From the NCBI GenBank assembly GCA_016868195.1, contig VGHQ01000004.1:17273-81272 (forward strand): DNA of 64,000 bases, written 5' to 3'. Position 1 is the stretch's first letter. Each line of letters begins with the position of its first letter. The position numbers were made by a program, and so were the translations under genes. Positions 1 through 9,036 of the stretch are shown here, piece after piece. The notes under the pieces are model-generated. The model was not told the origin of the DNA and ran no database searches. It was given only the letters and a program-made list of their open reading frames with translations. The DNA is from Betaproteobacteria bacterium. Lineage in GTDB: Bacteria; Pseudomonadota; Gammaproteobacteria; Burkholderiales; Methylophilaceae.

Positions 1-1974
1 GGTACCAATGATTGGTACGCCTGCTTTTTCTAAATCTTTAGCTAATTTTAATGGGGTTTGTCCACCGTATTGCACAACGACGCCTAATGGTTTTTCAATA
101 GCGACAATTTCTAAAACATCTTCAAGTGTGACGGGCTCAAAATAAAGTCGGTCTGAGGTATCGTAATCAGTGGATACCGTTTCGGGATTACAATTCACCA
201 TGATGGTTTCGAATCCATCCTCACGCAATGCTAATGCTGCATGCACACAACAATAATCAAATTCAATACCTTGTCCAATACGATTAGGTCCGCCACCTAA
301 TACAATAATTTTTTTCTTAAGCGTTGGATTAGCTTCACACTCTTCCTCATATGTTGAATACATATAAGCTGTATTCGTTGAGAATTCTGCAGCGCAGGTA
401 TCTACACGCTTATATACTGGTCTTACGTCATGCTGATGACGATAATTTCTAACATCCTCTTGTTTGGTTTTTAAAAGTGTTGAAAGCCTTCTATCAGAAA
501 ACCCTTTTTGCTTTAACTGAAATAAATCTTCTTTTGATAGATCGTTAAGTGAGGTACCTATCAAATCTTTTTCGATATCAATAATATTTTTAATTTGATG
601 TAAGAACCATGGATCAATATTGGAGTGTCCAAAAACTTCTTCAATCGACATGCCTAATCTAAATGCATCACCAACATACCAAATACGCTCAGGTCCCGGC
701 TCTCTTAACTCTTTAATGATGAGATCTTGATCCGTTGTTTTTTCATCTAAGCCATCCACACCAATTTCAAGACCTCTTAATGCTTTTTGGAAAGATTCTT
801 GGAAGGTACGTCCAATAGCCATAACTTCGCCAACAGATTTCATCTGAGTCGTAAGTCTTGAATCTGCTTGTGGAAATTTTTCAAACGCAAATCGAGGTAC
901 TTTTGTAACAACATAATCAATACTTGGCTCAAAAGATGCAGGTGTTGCGCCACCTGTAATTTCATTTTTTAATTCATCTAATGTAAAGCCAACTGCAAGT
1001 TTGGCTGCAATTTTTGCAATCGGGAAACCTGTCGCTTTTGAAGCTAGGGCAGATGATCGAGATACACGTGGATTCATTTCAATCACGATCATGTGTCCAT
1101 CTTTTGGATTGATTGCAAATTGCACATTGGAACCACCTGTATCCACGCCAATTTCTCGTAAGACTGCAATCGATGCATTACGCATGATTTGATATTCTTT
1201 ATCGGTAAGTGTTTGCGCAGGCGCAACAGTAATCGAGTCGCCCGTATGAACACCCATTGGATCTAAATTTTCAATGGAACAAATAATGATGCAATTATCT
1301 TGAGAGTCACGTACCACTTCCATCTCATACTCTTTCCATCCGAGCAAAGACTCTTCAATAAGAAGTTCTTTTGTGGGGGATACTTCCAATCCTCTTTCGC
1401 AGATCGTTATAAACTCTTCACGATTGTATGCAATGCCACCGCCACTTCCTCCCATGGTAAATGATGGGCGAATAATAGCTGGATAACCAATACCTGCTTG
1501 AACTTGAATTGCCTCTTCAAGGCTGTGCGCAATGGATGACCTTGCAGAGCCCAGGCCAATCTTATTCATAGCCTCTTTAAATTTTTGTCTATCTTCTGCT
1601 TTATCAATCGCTTCTTTCGATGCGCCAATTAATTCAACATTATATTTTTTTAGCACACCGAACTTATCTAAATCGAGCGCGCAATTGAGGGCAGTTTGCC
1701 CCCCCATTGTAGGAAGAAGCACATCAGGTTTTTCTTTTGCAATAATTTTTTCAACGATTTGCCAATTGATTGGTTCGATATAAGTTGCATCTGCCATTTC
1801 AGGATCTGTCATGATCGTAGCTGGATTTGAATTAACTAAGACGACGCGATAGCCTTCTTCACGAAGCGCTTTACAGGCTTGTGCGCCTGAATAGTCAAAC
1901 TCACATGCTTGACCAATAACAATAGGGCCTGCACCAATAATGAGTATGGAATTGATATCTTTACGCTTTGGCAT
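1..1974 (-). CDS. carB: carbamoyl-phosphate synthase large subunit, N-terminal ~658 codons (rest of gene lies beyond window start)
   Basis: My own minus-strand translation from ATG at 1974-1972 gives [42 protein letters not shown]..., a classic CarB ATP-grasp N-terminus. The frame stays open to position 1. It lies directly downstream of carA with a 14-nt overlap. It is absent from the ORF track because it has no stop in the window. Confidence 0.93.
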   Translation of the reverse strand, partial: MPKRKDINSILIIGAGPIVIGQACEFDYSGAQACKALREEGYRVVLVNSNPATIMTDPEMADATYIEPINWQIVEKIIAKEKPDVLLPTMGGQTALNCALDLDKFGVLKKYNVELIGASKEAIDKAEDRQKFKEAMNKIGLGSARSSIAHSLEEAIQVQAGIGYPAIIRPSFTMGGSGGGIAYNREEFITICERGLEVSPTKELLIEESLLGWKEYEMEVVRDSQDNCIIICSIENLDPMGVHTGDSITVAPAQTLTDKEYQIMRNASIAVLREIGVDTGGSNVQFAINPKDGHMIVIEMNPRVSRSSALASKATGFPIAKIAAKLAVGFTLDELKNEITGGATPASFEPSIDYVVTKVPRFAFEKFPQADSRLTTQMKSVGEVMAIGRTFQESFQKALRGLEIGVDGLDEKTTDQDLIIKELREPGPERIWYVGDAFRLGMSIEEVFGHSNIDPWFLHQIKNIIDIEKDLIGTSLNDLSKEDLFQLKQKGFSDRRLSTLLKTKQEDVRNYRHQHDVRPVYKRVDTCAAEFSTNTAYMYSTYEEECEANPTLKKKIIVLGGGPNRIGQGIEFDYCCVHAALALREDGFETIMVNCNPETVSTDYDTSDRLYFEPVTLEDVLEIVAIEKPLGVVVQYGGQTPLKLAKDLEKAGVPIIGT

Positions 1975-3109
1975 GGCTCATTTTCTTTTTTTCAATAAGA
2001 TCAATAAAGTGGTCAAATAAATAGCTCATTTCAGATGGGCCAGGACTTGCTTCAGGATGACCCTGAAAACTAAAAGCGGGTTTATCAAGCCTCTCAATAC
2101 CTTGCAAGCTGCCATCAAAAAGAGATTGATGGGTAGCTGCTAAATTTTTAGGAAGTGAATTTTGATCGACCGTGAAGCCATGATTTTGGCTGGTAATAAA
2201 AACACGTTTTGTTTTTAAATCTTGGACAGGGTGATTTGCCCCATGGTGTCCAAATTTCATTTTAGATGTTTTAGCGCCACTCGCTAATGCTAAAAGTTGA
2301 TGACCCAAACAAATACCAAAGGTAGGATAGCCATCGTCAACCAATTGTTTAATGGCTTTAATTGCATAATCGCATGGCTCAGGATCACCTGGTCCATTTG
2401 ATAAAAATACACCATCAGGTTTTAAGCGAATCACTTCTTCATAAGAAGTTTCAGCAGGGACAACTGTCACCTTACATCGCCTTGAAACTAACATTCTTAA
2501 AATATTTTTCTTGATACCATAATCAAATGCGACGACATGATAATCCGACTCTTTGTGATTGCTATAACCTTCAGATAATGACCACTCGCCTTGATTGAAT
2601 GCATAAGCTTTTTTAGAGCTCACAACTTTAGCGAGATCCATTCCGGAAAGTCCTGGAAAATTTTTAGCTTCTTGATGCGCTCTTTTATCATCATCAGACT
2701 CAGCAACAATACAGCCCGCTTGTGAGCCATATTCTCTTAGATGTCTTGTGAGCTTTCTTGTATCAATATTTGCGATCGCAACAATGTGATTCGCTTTTAA
2801 GTATTCGGATAATGTTTGTTCGCTTCTAAAATTGCTATTAATCATGGCGAGATCGCGAATGATTAAGCCACTCGCATAGACCTTATCAGATTCAATATCC
2901 TCTTGATTAACACCTACATTACCAATATGAGGATAAGTAAGCGTGACAATTTGTTTTGTATAAGAAGGATCAGTCAGAATCTCTTGATAACCAGTCATGG
3001 AAGTATTAAAAACAACTTCACCTGTGGTTAAACCTGGAGCACCAATTGAAATACCTCGAAACTTAGTTCCGTCTGCAAGCACTAACACTGCCGACATATT
3101 TCGCGACAA
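1961..3109 (-). CDS. carA: carbamoyl-phosphate synthase small (glutamine amidotransferase) subunit
   Basis: 382 aa ORF with [15 protein letters not shown]-terminus and GATase catalytic-Cys region [11 protein letters not shown]. The TTG at 3109 has GGAG 7 nt upstream. An alternative ATG lies at 3097. Confidence 0.93.
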   Translation of the reverse strand: MSRNMSAVLVLADGTKFRGISIGAPGLTTGEVVFNTSMTGYQEILTDPSYTKQIVTLTYPHIGNVGVNQEDIESDKVYASGLIIRDLAMINSNFRSEQTLSEYLKANHIVAIANIDTRKLTRHLREYGSQAGCIVAESDDDKRAHQEAKNFPGLSGMDLAKVVSSKKAYAFNQGEWSLSEGYSNHKESDYHVVAFDYGIKKNILRMLVSRRCKVTVVPAETSYEEVIRLKPDGVFLSNGPGDPEPCDYAIKAIKQLVDDGYPTFGICLGHQLLALASGAKTSKMKFGHHGANHPVQDLKTKRVFITSQNHGFTVDQNSLPKNLAATHQSLFDGSLQGIERLDKPAFSFQGHPEASPGPSEMSYLFDHFIDLIEKKKMSHAKA

Positions 3110-3159
3110 AATGATTCTCCAGTATTTGCAAATTCAAGGGTTTGGGTACTGGATATACA

Positions 3160-3190
3160 AAACGGGAGAAGTTTTTAGCAGCTCCCGTTT
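3160..3190 (-). terminator. hairpin plus U-tract in the dapB-carA spacer: carAB leader attenuator and/or dapB terminator
   Basis: On the minus strand: AAACGGGAG-(13 nt loop)-CTCCCGTTT followed by TGTATAT, a 9-bp stem. It lies about 15 nt downstream of the candidate -10 and about 50 nt upstream of the carA start. Confidence 0.4.
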
Positions 3191-3204
3191 CAAATATCGT
3201 AGAT

Positions 3205-3233
3205 ATTATAGTCGATTTAGCGACTTATTTCAA
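3205..3233 (-). promoter_or_regulatory. candidate sigma70 promoter for carAB (TTGAAA-N17-TATAAT on minus strand)
   Basis: The reverse complement of 3233-3205 reads TTGAAA taagtcgctaaatcgac TATAAT. The -10 is perfect, the spacer is 17 nt, and the -35 matches 5/6. It lies between the dapB stop and the carA start. Confidence 0.5.
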
Positions 3234-3258
3234 CGCACTAAACCACGATAAATAGCTA

Positions 3259-4068
3259 TTAATCAGAAAGTCCTAAGACCTTTTGCATGTCAAAAAGGCC
3301 GGTTTTTTGTTGAGACAAAAACTTTGCAGCTCTGAGCGCCCCTTTAGCAAAGGTCGCTCGACTTGAAGCCTTGTGAGTTAATTCAATACGCTCACCCGTA
3401 CCTGCGAACAAAACCGTATGGTCACCTACAATGTCGCCACCACGAATCGTTGAAAAACCAATAGTAGTTTGCTTGCGCTCACCTGTATTACCATAACGCT
3501 CATACTGCGCATCCTTTTTAAGGTCTCTGCCGCTTGCTTTTGCAACCGCTTCTCCTAATCTCAAAGCTGTGCCTGAAGGTGCATCAATTTTATGTCGATG
3601 ATGCACTTCAATAATTTCAATATCAAAATCATCTTTGAGTAATTGTGTTGCTTTTTCAACTAATGAAATTAATAAATTAACACCCACACTCATATTGGGC
3701 GCAAAAACAATTGGTATCGTTTTTGAAGCATCAAGAATTATTTTCTTCTCTTGATCTGAGAATCCTGTAGTACCAATCACATACTTCACTTGATGCGCTT
3801 CACATAATTTTAAGTACTCGAGACTTGCCTCAGGTCTTGTAAAATCGATCACAACGTCAGCAGATGAAATCACTTTTGCAATGTCATGATCAATTTTAAT
3901 GCCTGTGGAAATACCCAGTGCCTCACCTGCGTCACGGCCTAACTTGCCGCTCGATTTATGATCAATAGCTGCTACAAGCGCAAAATCTTTATCGGCAGTA
4001 ATTTCTTGGATGAGCGTTTGACCCATTCGGCCAGAAGCGCCTACGATAAGAATATTTATTTTGCTCAT
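3259..4068 (-). CDS. dapB: 4-hydroxy-tetrahydrodipicolinate reductase
   Basis: 269 aa with GASGRMG nucleotide-binding motif and the EVHHRHKIDAPSGTA DapB signature. Confidence 0.95.
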   Translation of the reverse strand: MSKINILIVGASGRMGQTLIQEITADKDFALVAAIDHKSSGKLGRDAGEALGISTGIKIDHDIAKVISSADVVIDFTRPEASLEYLKLCEAHQVKYVIGTTGFSDQEKKIILDASKTIPIVFAPNMSVGVNLLISLVEKATQLLKDDFDIEIIEVHHRHKIDAPSGTALRLGEAVAKASGRDLKKDAQYERYGNTGERKQTTIGFSTIRGGDIVGDHTVLFAGTGERIELTHKASSRATFAKGALRAAKFLSQQKTGLFDMQKVLGLSD

Positions 4069-4072
4069 ACGA

Positions 4073-4786
4073 TTAGAATCCTATTTTTTCTAACATTAAA
4101 TCAAAGTAATTGCGATCTGTTTCAGCTGGCAATGGTTTTGAATTACCAGTTTTTGAGGCTTCAGGTTTTACTACCTCAGGCTCTTTTTTAATTTCAACTG
4201 GAGCCACTTCGGTCACAGGCTTTTTAATTTCAGGCTCTAATTCTTTCGCTGGCTCAGTAATCTGTTTCTTTGGTGCCACAGATTTTCTATCTTCTAGAGG
4301 CGCCTCTTTTTTAGTTGGAACTATTTTTGGAGCAGGCTTCTCCTCATTGTCTTCCCAAAATTTTAAACGATCAAGCATGCCTTTTTCTTTTTGAATAGGT
4401 TCTTGATTAGCATCGTTATTTTTTTGAGGCACTATTTCTTGGCGCTCTTCAATCTTATTTTGAGGGGCGGGAATAACGTCACCTTTTACTTTGGCAAGCA
4501 GATCTTTTTCAAACATCAAGATCACTCTTCTTTTTTCAATAATTACGCCATCATTTTCCATTTGATAAAAATAATCCCATTGATCTTTATGAAAGCTATC
4601 AGAAATTAATGGTGTGCCCATGACAAAGCGCACTTGAGTTTTTGTCATACCTGGCTTTAATTGAGACATCATTTTTGAGGTGACTAAATTGCCTTGTTGT
4701 ATTGGCATCTTATAAGGCTTAATAGAGGATAATGAGGAGGAGCAGGCAGTGACTAAAAGACTTAAATGAAGAAGAAATATATGCAT
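4073..4786 (-). CDS. bamE: outer-membrane assembly lipoprotein BamE (SmpA/OmlA) with a long K/E/P-rich C-terminal extension
   Basis: The ORF-track frame is 4073..4888, but the likely start is the ATG at 4786. That start gives MHIFLLHLSLLVTAC, a signal peptide with lipobox VTAC. The SmpA/OmlA core reads GMTKTQVRFVMGTPLISDSF..DQWDYFY. The longer start would overlap fur. Confidence 0.8.
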   Translation of the reverse strand: MHIFLLHLSLLVTACSSSLSSIKPYKMPIQQGNLVTSKMMSQLKPGMTKTQVRFVMGTPLISDSFHKDQWDYFYQMENDGVIIEKRRVILMFEKDLLAKVKGDVIPAPQNKIEERQEIVPQKNNDANQEPIQKEKGMLDRLKFWEDNEEKPAPKIVPTKKEAPLEDRKSVAPKKQITEPAKELEPEIKKPVTEVAPVEIKKEPEVVKPEASKTGNSKPLPAETDRNYFDLMLEKIGF

Positions 4787-4795
4787 TTTTATAAC

Positions 4796-4823
4796 TTTTA
4801 ACATAATGCATATTAATATAACA
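4796..4823. promoter_or_regulatory. AT-rich imperfect palindrome in the bamE/fur divergent promoter region; possible Fur operator
   Basis: The sequence is TTTTAACATAATGCATATTAATATAACA. The ATAATG..ATTAAT core partly resembles the Fur box GATAATGATAATCATTATC (about 12/18 by eye). It lies 48-75 nt upstream of the fur ATG. Confidence 0.25.
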
Positions 4824-4870
4824 TGGTAGAGAGTATTCAAAATGTTTAGCAAAGCAATTTTTAAGGTGGC

Positions 4871-5302
4871 ATGATGGCACAAGATCATAAAGATTTAAAA
4901 AAATCAGGGCTTAAGGCAACGCTTCCCCGACTTAAAATCTTAAGTCTCTTTGAGCATAGTGATGCCAAACATCTCTCAGCCGAAGATGTCTATAAACTCT
5001 TAATTAAATCTGGAGAAGATGTAGGTCTAGCAACAGTCTATCGTGTGCTGACCCAATTTGAACAAGCAGGTCTTTTAATACGTCATCATTTTGAAAGTGA
5101 TAAGGCTGTATTTGAATTAAGTGACTCGCAACATCACGATCATATTGTCTGTATGCAATGTGGTCATGTAGAAGAATTTTGTGATGATGAAATTGAAAAA
5201 AGACAGAAAATCATTGCAAGTAAAAAAGGATTTGTCATCCAAGAGCATTCACTTTATATCTATGCTGAATGTACTAAAACACCTTGCCCTAACAAGATTT
5301 AA
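4871..5302 (+). CDS. fur: ferric uptake regulator
   Basis: 143 aa with a Fur-family wHTH N-terminus (LKATLPRLKILSLFEH) and the metal-site region HHDHIVCMQCGHVEEF. Confidence 0.93.
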   Translation: MMAQDHKDLKKSGLKATLPRLKILSLFEHSDAKHLSAEDVYKLLIKSGEDVGLATVYRVLTQFEQAGLLIRHHFESDKAVFELSDSQHHDHIVCMQCGHVEEFCDDEIEKRQKIIASKKGFVIQEHSLYIYAECTKTPCPNKI

Positions 5303-6957
5303 ATCTGCAACATTTCCTTCGCGTGCTCTCTTGTGGTATCGGTAATCGATATACCGCCTAACATACGTGCAATTTCATCAATACGCATCTTGTCATCCAT
5401 TAAATAAATATGGCTGAGTGTTTGGTTGTTTTCTTGTGTTTTGGATACTTTGTAATGTTGAGTAGCTAGTGATGCAACTTGCGGTAAGTGGGTAATAACT
5501 AACACTTGCCTTTTATCATGATTACCCAATTCCTTTAAAAGCTTACCTACAATTTCTGCAACACTGCCTCCGATACCTACATCAACTTCATCAAAAATCA
5601 TACAAGGTACATTTGCTTTTGAAATGGATGCCACACGAATTGCAAGACTTAAGCGAGAGAGTTCTCCTCCAGAGGCTGCTTTATGAATAGGTCTTGGTTC
5701 AGCGCCTAAGTGTGTTGCCACTCGAAATTCAATATGCTCTTGACCATAGGCTGTTGGATCTTGAGGTGTGAGATTTACTTCAAAGCGTCCATGACTAAAA
5801 GATAATTTTTGCATTGCTTGAGTGATTTTTTGACTTAAAGTCGCTGAAGCAGCTTTTCGAGCTTTAGATAATAAGTGTGCACTTTCATTGAAAGCTTGAA
5901 GCGCTAATTTTTCTTTGACATCGATACCTTCATCTGATTGGAAAGACTCAAGCTCATCCATTCGCGCTTGCCAAGAAGTGACTGTGGATTCAAATTCCTC
6001 AGGCTTGATACGATGCTTTCTACCAAAGTTGTGAATCGCTTGAATCCGCGCTTCAATATCTTTTAATCTTTCTGGATCTAAATCAACTTTTTGTAAATAC
6101 CGATTAAGGGAGCGAAGAAGTTCTTCTGTTTGAATATTAATGGAATCAATAAGCTCAGAAGATTCTTTCAATTTCTCATCAATAGTTACTGAGTGAGAAA
6201 TTTTTTGCTGGATCAAATGAAGTCTATCTGAAATTGCCGTTTCATCTTTTTCTAAAACTTCAATACAAAAATTAATATCTTCAATAAGCTCGTTACCATG
6301 TGACAGCATGGCGTGATCTTGTTGCAGGGTTTCCCAGTCGCTCAGAGTAAATGAAAGTTGTTTTAACTCTCTTAATTTATCTCTTAATTCTGCAAGCTCA
6401 TCGCTATAAATTTGCGCATTTTTTTCGTACTCAATTTTTTGTTGGTAAAGCTTATGCCATATTTGATGAAGATTATAAGTTTTGAGGGCTAAGTCTGAGT
6501 GGCCACCAAAATCATCTAAAATTTGTCTTTGTGCGCTTAATTTTAAAAGTGAATGATGGGAGTTTTGACTATAAATATCAACGAGTGACTCGCCCAATTC
6601 TTTCAACTGCTGAAGTGTTGCCACTTTGCCATTAATAAAAGCTCTTGATTTTCCATCAGCATGAATCACTCTTCTTAAAATGAGTTCATAGCTATCAGAT
6701 TCAAGTTCGTTTTCTTTGAGCCAATCGATCACTTCCTGATTATCTTTAACATCAAAGATAGCGCTGATATCCGCCTTTTCCTGCTGAAGCCTCACTACCC
6801 CACCCTCATTACGCTGGCCTAAAGCTAGGGATAGAGCGTCAATGAGAATTGATTTCCCAGCGCCTGTTTCACCTGTTAATGCTGAAAAACCAGATTTAAA
6901 ATCCAAACTCATTTTGTCAACAATGACAAAATCAAGGATAGATAAATTAAGTAACAT
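5299..6957 (-). CDS. recN: DNA repair protein RecN
   Basis: 552 aa with Walker A GETGAGKS, a long coiled-coil middle, signature GGELSRLSLA and Walker B MIFDEVDVG. Confidence 0.95.
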   Translation of the reverse strand: MLLNLSILDFVIVDKMSLDFKSGFSALTGETGAGKSILIDALSLALGQRNEGGVVRLQQEKADISAIFDVKDNQEVIDWLKENELESDSYELILRRVIHADGKSRAFINGKVATLQQLKELGESLVDIYSQNSHHSLLKLSAQRQILDDFGGHSDLALKTYNLHQIWHKLYQQKIEYEKNAQIYSDELAELRDKLRELKQLSFTLSDWETLQQDHAMLSHGNELIEDINFCIEVLEKDETAISDRLHLIQQKISHSVTIDEKLKESSELIDSINIQTEELLRSLNRYLQKVDLDPERLKDIEARIQAIHNFGRKHRIKPEEFESTVTSWQARMDELESFQSDEGIDVKEKLALQAFNESAHLLSKARKAASATLSQKITQAMQKLSFSHGRFEVNLTPQDPTAYGQEHIEFRVATHLGAEPRPIHKAASGGELSRLSLAIRVASISKANVPCMIFDEVDVGIGGSVAEIVGKLLKELGNHDKRQVLVITHLPQVASLATQHYKVSKTQENNQTLSHIYLMDDKMRIDEIARMLGGISITDTTREHAKEMLQI

Positions 6958-6966
6958 AGCGCTTTA

Positions 6967-7836
6967 TTAACCCCAGTTTAATTTTTTTCTTAACATCTCA
7001 AAATAACAATAGTCTTTTGGATGAAGAAGCGTAATCATTTTTTCTGCACGTTTAATTTCAACGCGATCACGCGGCTCAGGCGACACTTTAAGTTGTCCGT
7101 CTATACTTAAGTAAGATTCGTCCATACTCACCACATGAATCTCTATAACGCTTTGACTGCTCACAGCGATAGGGCGATTACTTAATGTGTGCGGGCTAAT
7201 CGGCACAATGGAAATAGCTTCTAATTCAGGATGAAGAATGGGTCCACCCGCGGAAAGAGCATAAGCAGTCGTCCCTGTAGGTGTAGTGACTACAAGGCCA
7301 TCTGATCTTTGTTTATGAACAAAACTGCCATTAATTGACACCTCTAATTCAATCAAACGGGAACCGCTTCGGACAACCACGTCATTAAGCGCTAATGACT
7401 CATGAATGCATGTGGTGCCTCTAAAAATTTTAGATTGCAAAAGCATTCTTTTGTCTTTATATGAAGAACCTCGAAATATTTCATCGATTGATTCCAACAT
7501 ATTGCTTGTATTTAAATCTGCTAAAAATCCGAAACGTCCTTGATTCACCCCTATCAAAGGAATATCAAAATTCACTAGAGATCTTGCAACACCCAGCATA
7601 GTGCCATCACCACCGACGACGATCGCGAGATCTGCTTTTGCTCCAATCTCTTCTAATGTAATCGATTTAAATGCTTGAAACTTTCCAGATTGATGTGTTT
7701 TAGCCTCAATGAAGATATTGATATGCTTACTCGTTAAATATTGAGCGAGCTCTAAAAGCTGAGATTCAATGTCAGAAGATTCGCTTCCGCTCGCATATTT
7801 TCCAATAATTGCGACTGATTTATAAAGACTTTCCAT
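6967..7836 (-). CDS. nadK: NAD(+) kinase
   Basis: 289 aa with the GGDGT motif (VVGGDGTMLG) and NAD-kinase C-terminal region TPTGTTAYALSAGGPI. Confidence 0.93.
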   Translation of the reverse strand: MESLYKSVAIIGKYASGSESSDIESQLLELAQYLTSKHINIFIEAKTHQSGKFQAFKSITLEEIGAKADLAIVVGGDGTMLGVARSLVNFDIPLIGVNQGRFGFLADLNTSNMLESIDEIFRGSSYKDKRMLLQSKIFRGTTCIHESLALNDVVVRSGSRLIELEVSINGSFVHKQRSDGLVVTTPTGTTAYALSAGGPILHPELEAISIVPISPHTLSNRPIAVSSQSVIEIHVVSMDESYLSIDGQLKVSPEPRDRVEIKRAEKMITLLHPKDYCYFEMLRKKLNWG

Positions 7837-7929
7837 AATTGAATTAAAGCATACTTAAGTTGTAAGAATATATAGCAATTTAATATAGAAAAACTTAGTA
7901 TATAAGCATTCATTTACAAAAGTTCTGCA

Positions 7930-7938
7930 TGTTAGAAT
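7930..7938 (+). promoter_or_regulatory. candidate extended -10 element (TGTTAGAAT) upstream of hrcA
   Basis: TGnTAGAAT lies 76 nt upstream of the hrcA start. A TTTACA at 7913-7918 is only 14 nt away, which is a poor spacer. Confidence 0.3.
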
Positions 7939-8013
7939 GACTTATTACCCCTTGAAAATTAGGCTTTACGGAGTATTTTAAAGCATATCGATTTATATGA
8001 ATAACCCTATTTA

Positions 8014-9036
8014 ATGATGCTAGATAAGCGCGCCCAAATTCTTTTAAAAACCCTCATTGAGCAACACATTCATGATGGTCAGCCTGTAGCTTCTAAAACT
8101 CTTTCTAAATCATCAGGCCTTGATTTAAGTCCTGCTTCTATTCGCAATACTATGAAAGATCTTGAGGATCTCGGTTTTATTACAAGCCCTCATACTTCTG
8201 CAGGTAGAGTTCCTACACAATTAGGTTATAGGCTTTTTGTGGACTCTCTTCTGACTGTTAAACCTCTGGACGATAAAACAGTCAACTCATTAAAAGATCA
8301 AATGAGTATTGGTAATAATAAAAAAATTATTAATAACGCTGCAGATATCTTGTCGACACTGACGCATTTTGCTGGTGTAGTTCTTATTCCTAAAGCAAAA
8401 AAAATAATATTCAAACACTTAGAGTTTATTGGCTTGTCGGAGAAAAAAATTCTTGTCATTATCGTAACAAATGACGGTGATGTTCAAAACAGAATTGTGA
8501 TGACTGAAAAGCATTACACTCATGATGATTTAATTGAGGCTGCAAATTATTTTAATCATAATTTTAGTGGTAATACTTTTGCCAAAGTTAAAGATACACT
8601 TGTGGAAGAGTTATCTGAAATGCATGCTGATATGATTAAACTTATGACAGCAGCGATTGAAGTTGGTAATGATGTTATTTCACCTGAAAGTGAATCGATT
8701 GTGATTACAGGGCAAAATAATCTTATTCAATCTGAAGAACTCGCGAAAAATATATCAAGTTTAAGAAAAATTTTTGAAGTCTTTGAAAAGCGCACAGCTC
8801 TCATGAAACTTCTCGATAAAAGTCAACTTGCCGAAGGCATTCAAATATTTATTGGAAATGAATCAGGCTATTCATCTTTAGATGAATGCAGTCTCATCAC
8901 CTCTCCATATGAGACAGACGATGAAATCGTAGGTACCTTAGGTGTAATTGGGCCTACAAGAATGGCTTACGAAAGAGTCATTCCTATTGTCGATATCACA
9001 GCAAAACTTCTTTCTAACGCACTGAGTCAACATTAA
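8014..9036 (+). CDS. hrcA: heat-inducible transcriptional repressor HrcA
   Basis: 340 aa with the HrcA N-terminal wHTH (LSPASIRNTMKDLEDLGFITSPHTSAGRVPT) and C-terminal GTLGVIGPTRM motif. Confidence 0.93.
   Translation: MMLDKRAQILLKTLIEQHIHDGQPVASKTLSKSSGLDLSPASIRNTMKDLEDLGFITSPHTSAGRVPTQLGYRLFVDSLLTVKPLDDKTVNSLKDQMSIGNNKKIINNAADILSTLTHFAGVVLIPKAKKIIFKHLEFIGLSEKKILVIIVTNDGDVQNRIVMTEKHYTHDDLIEAANYFNHNFSGNTFAKVKDTLVEELSEMHADMIKLMTAAIEVGNDVISPESESIVITGQNNLIQSEELAKNISSLRKIFEVFEKRTALMKLLDKSQLAEGIQIFIGNESGYSSLDECSLITSPYETDDEIVGTLGVIGPTRMAYERVIPIVDITAKLLSNALSQH

Noticed and set aside
4796-4823. Possible XerCD dif site. The reverse complement reads TGTTATATTAA-TATGCA-TTATGTTAAAA, and the right arm matches the XerD arm TTATGTTAAAT at 10/11 positions
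   Set aside because: The putative XerC arm matches only about 5-6/11. An AT-rich 10-mer of this kind is expected roughly once by chance in 128 kb of two-strand sequence at this composition. The location in a divergent promoter favours a regulator site. It is worth re-checking only if GC-skew places the terminus here.
4787-4888. 34-codon N-terminal extension of the bamE ORF overlapping the fur start
   Set aside because: The ATG at 4786 gives a proper lipoprotein signal peptide. The extension would place the lipobox too far from the N-terminus and would overlap fur.
7948-7978. sigma32-like -35 (CCCCTTGAAA) upstream of hrcA, which would close a reciprocal sigma32/HrcA loop
   Set aside because: At the correct spacing the -10 reads GAGTATTT with no CCCC core, so it is only half a promoter. 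The extended -10 TGTTAGAAT at 7930-7938 is a better candidate.
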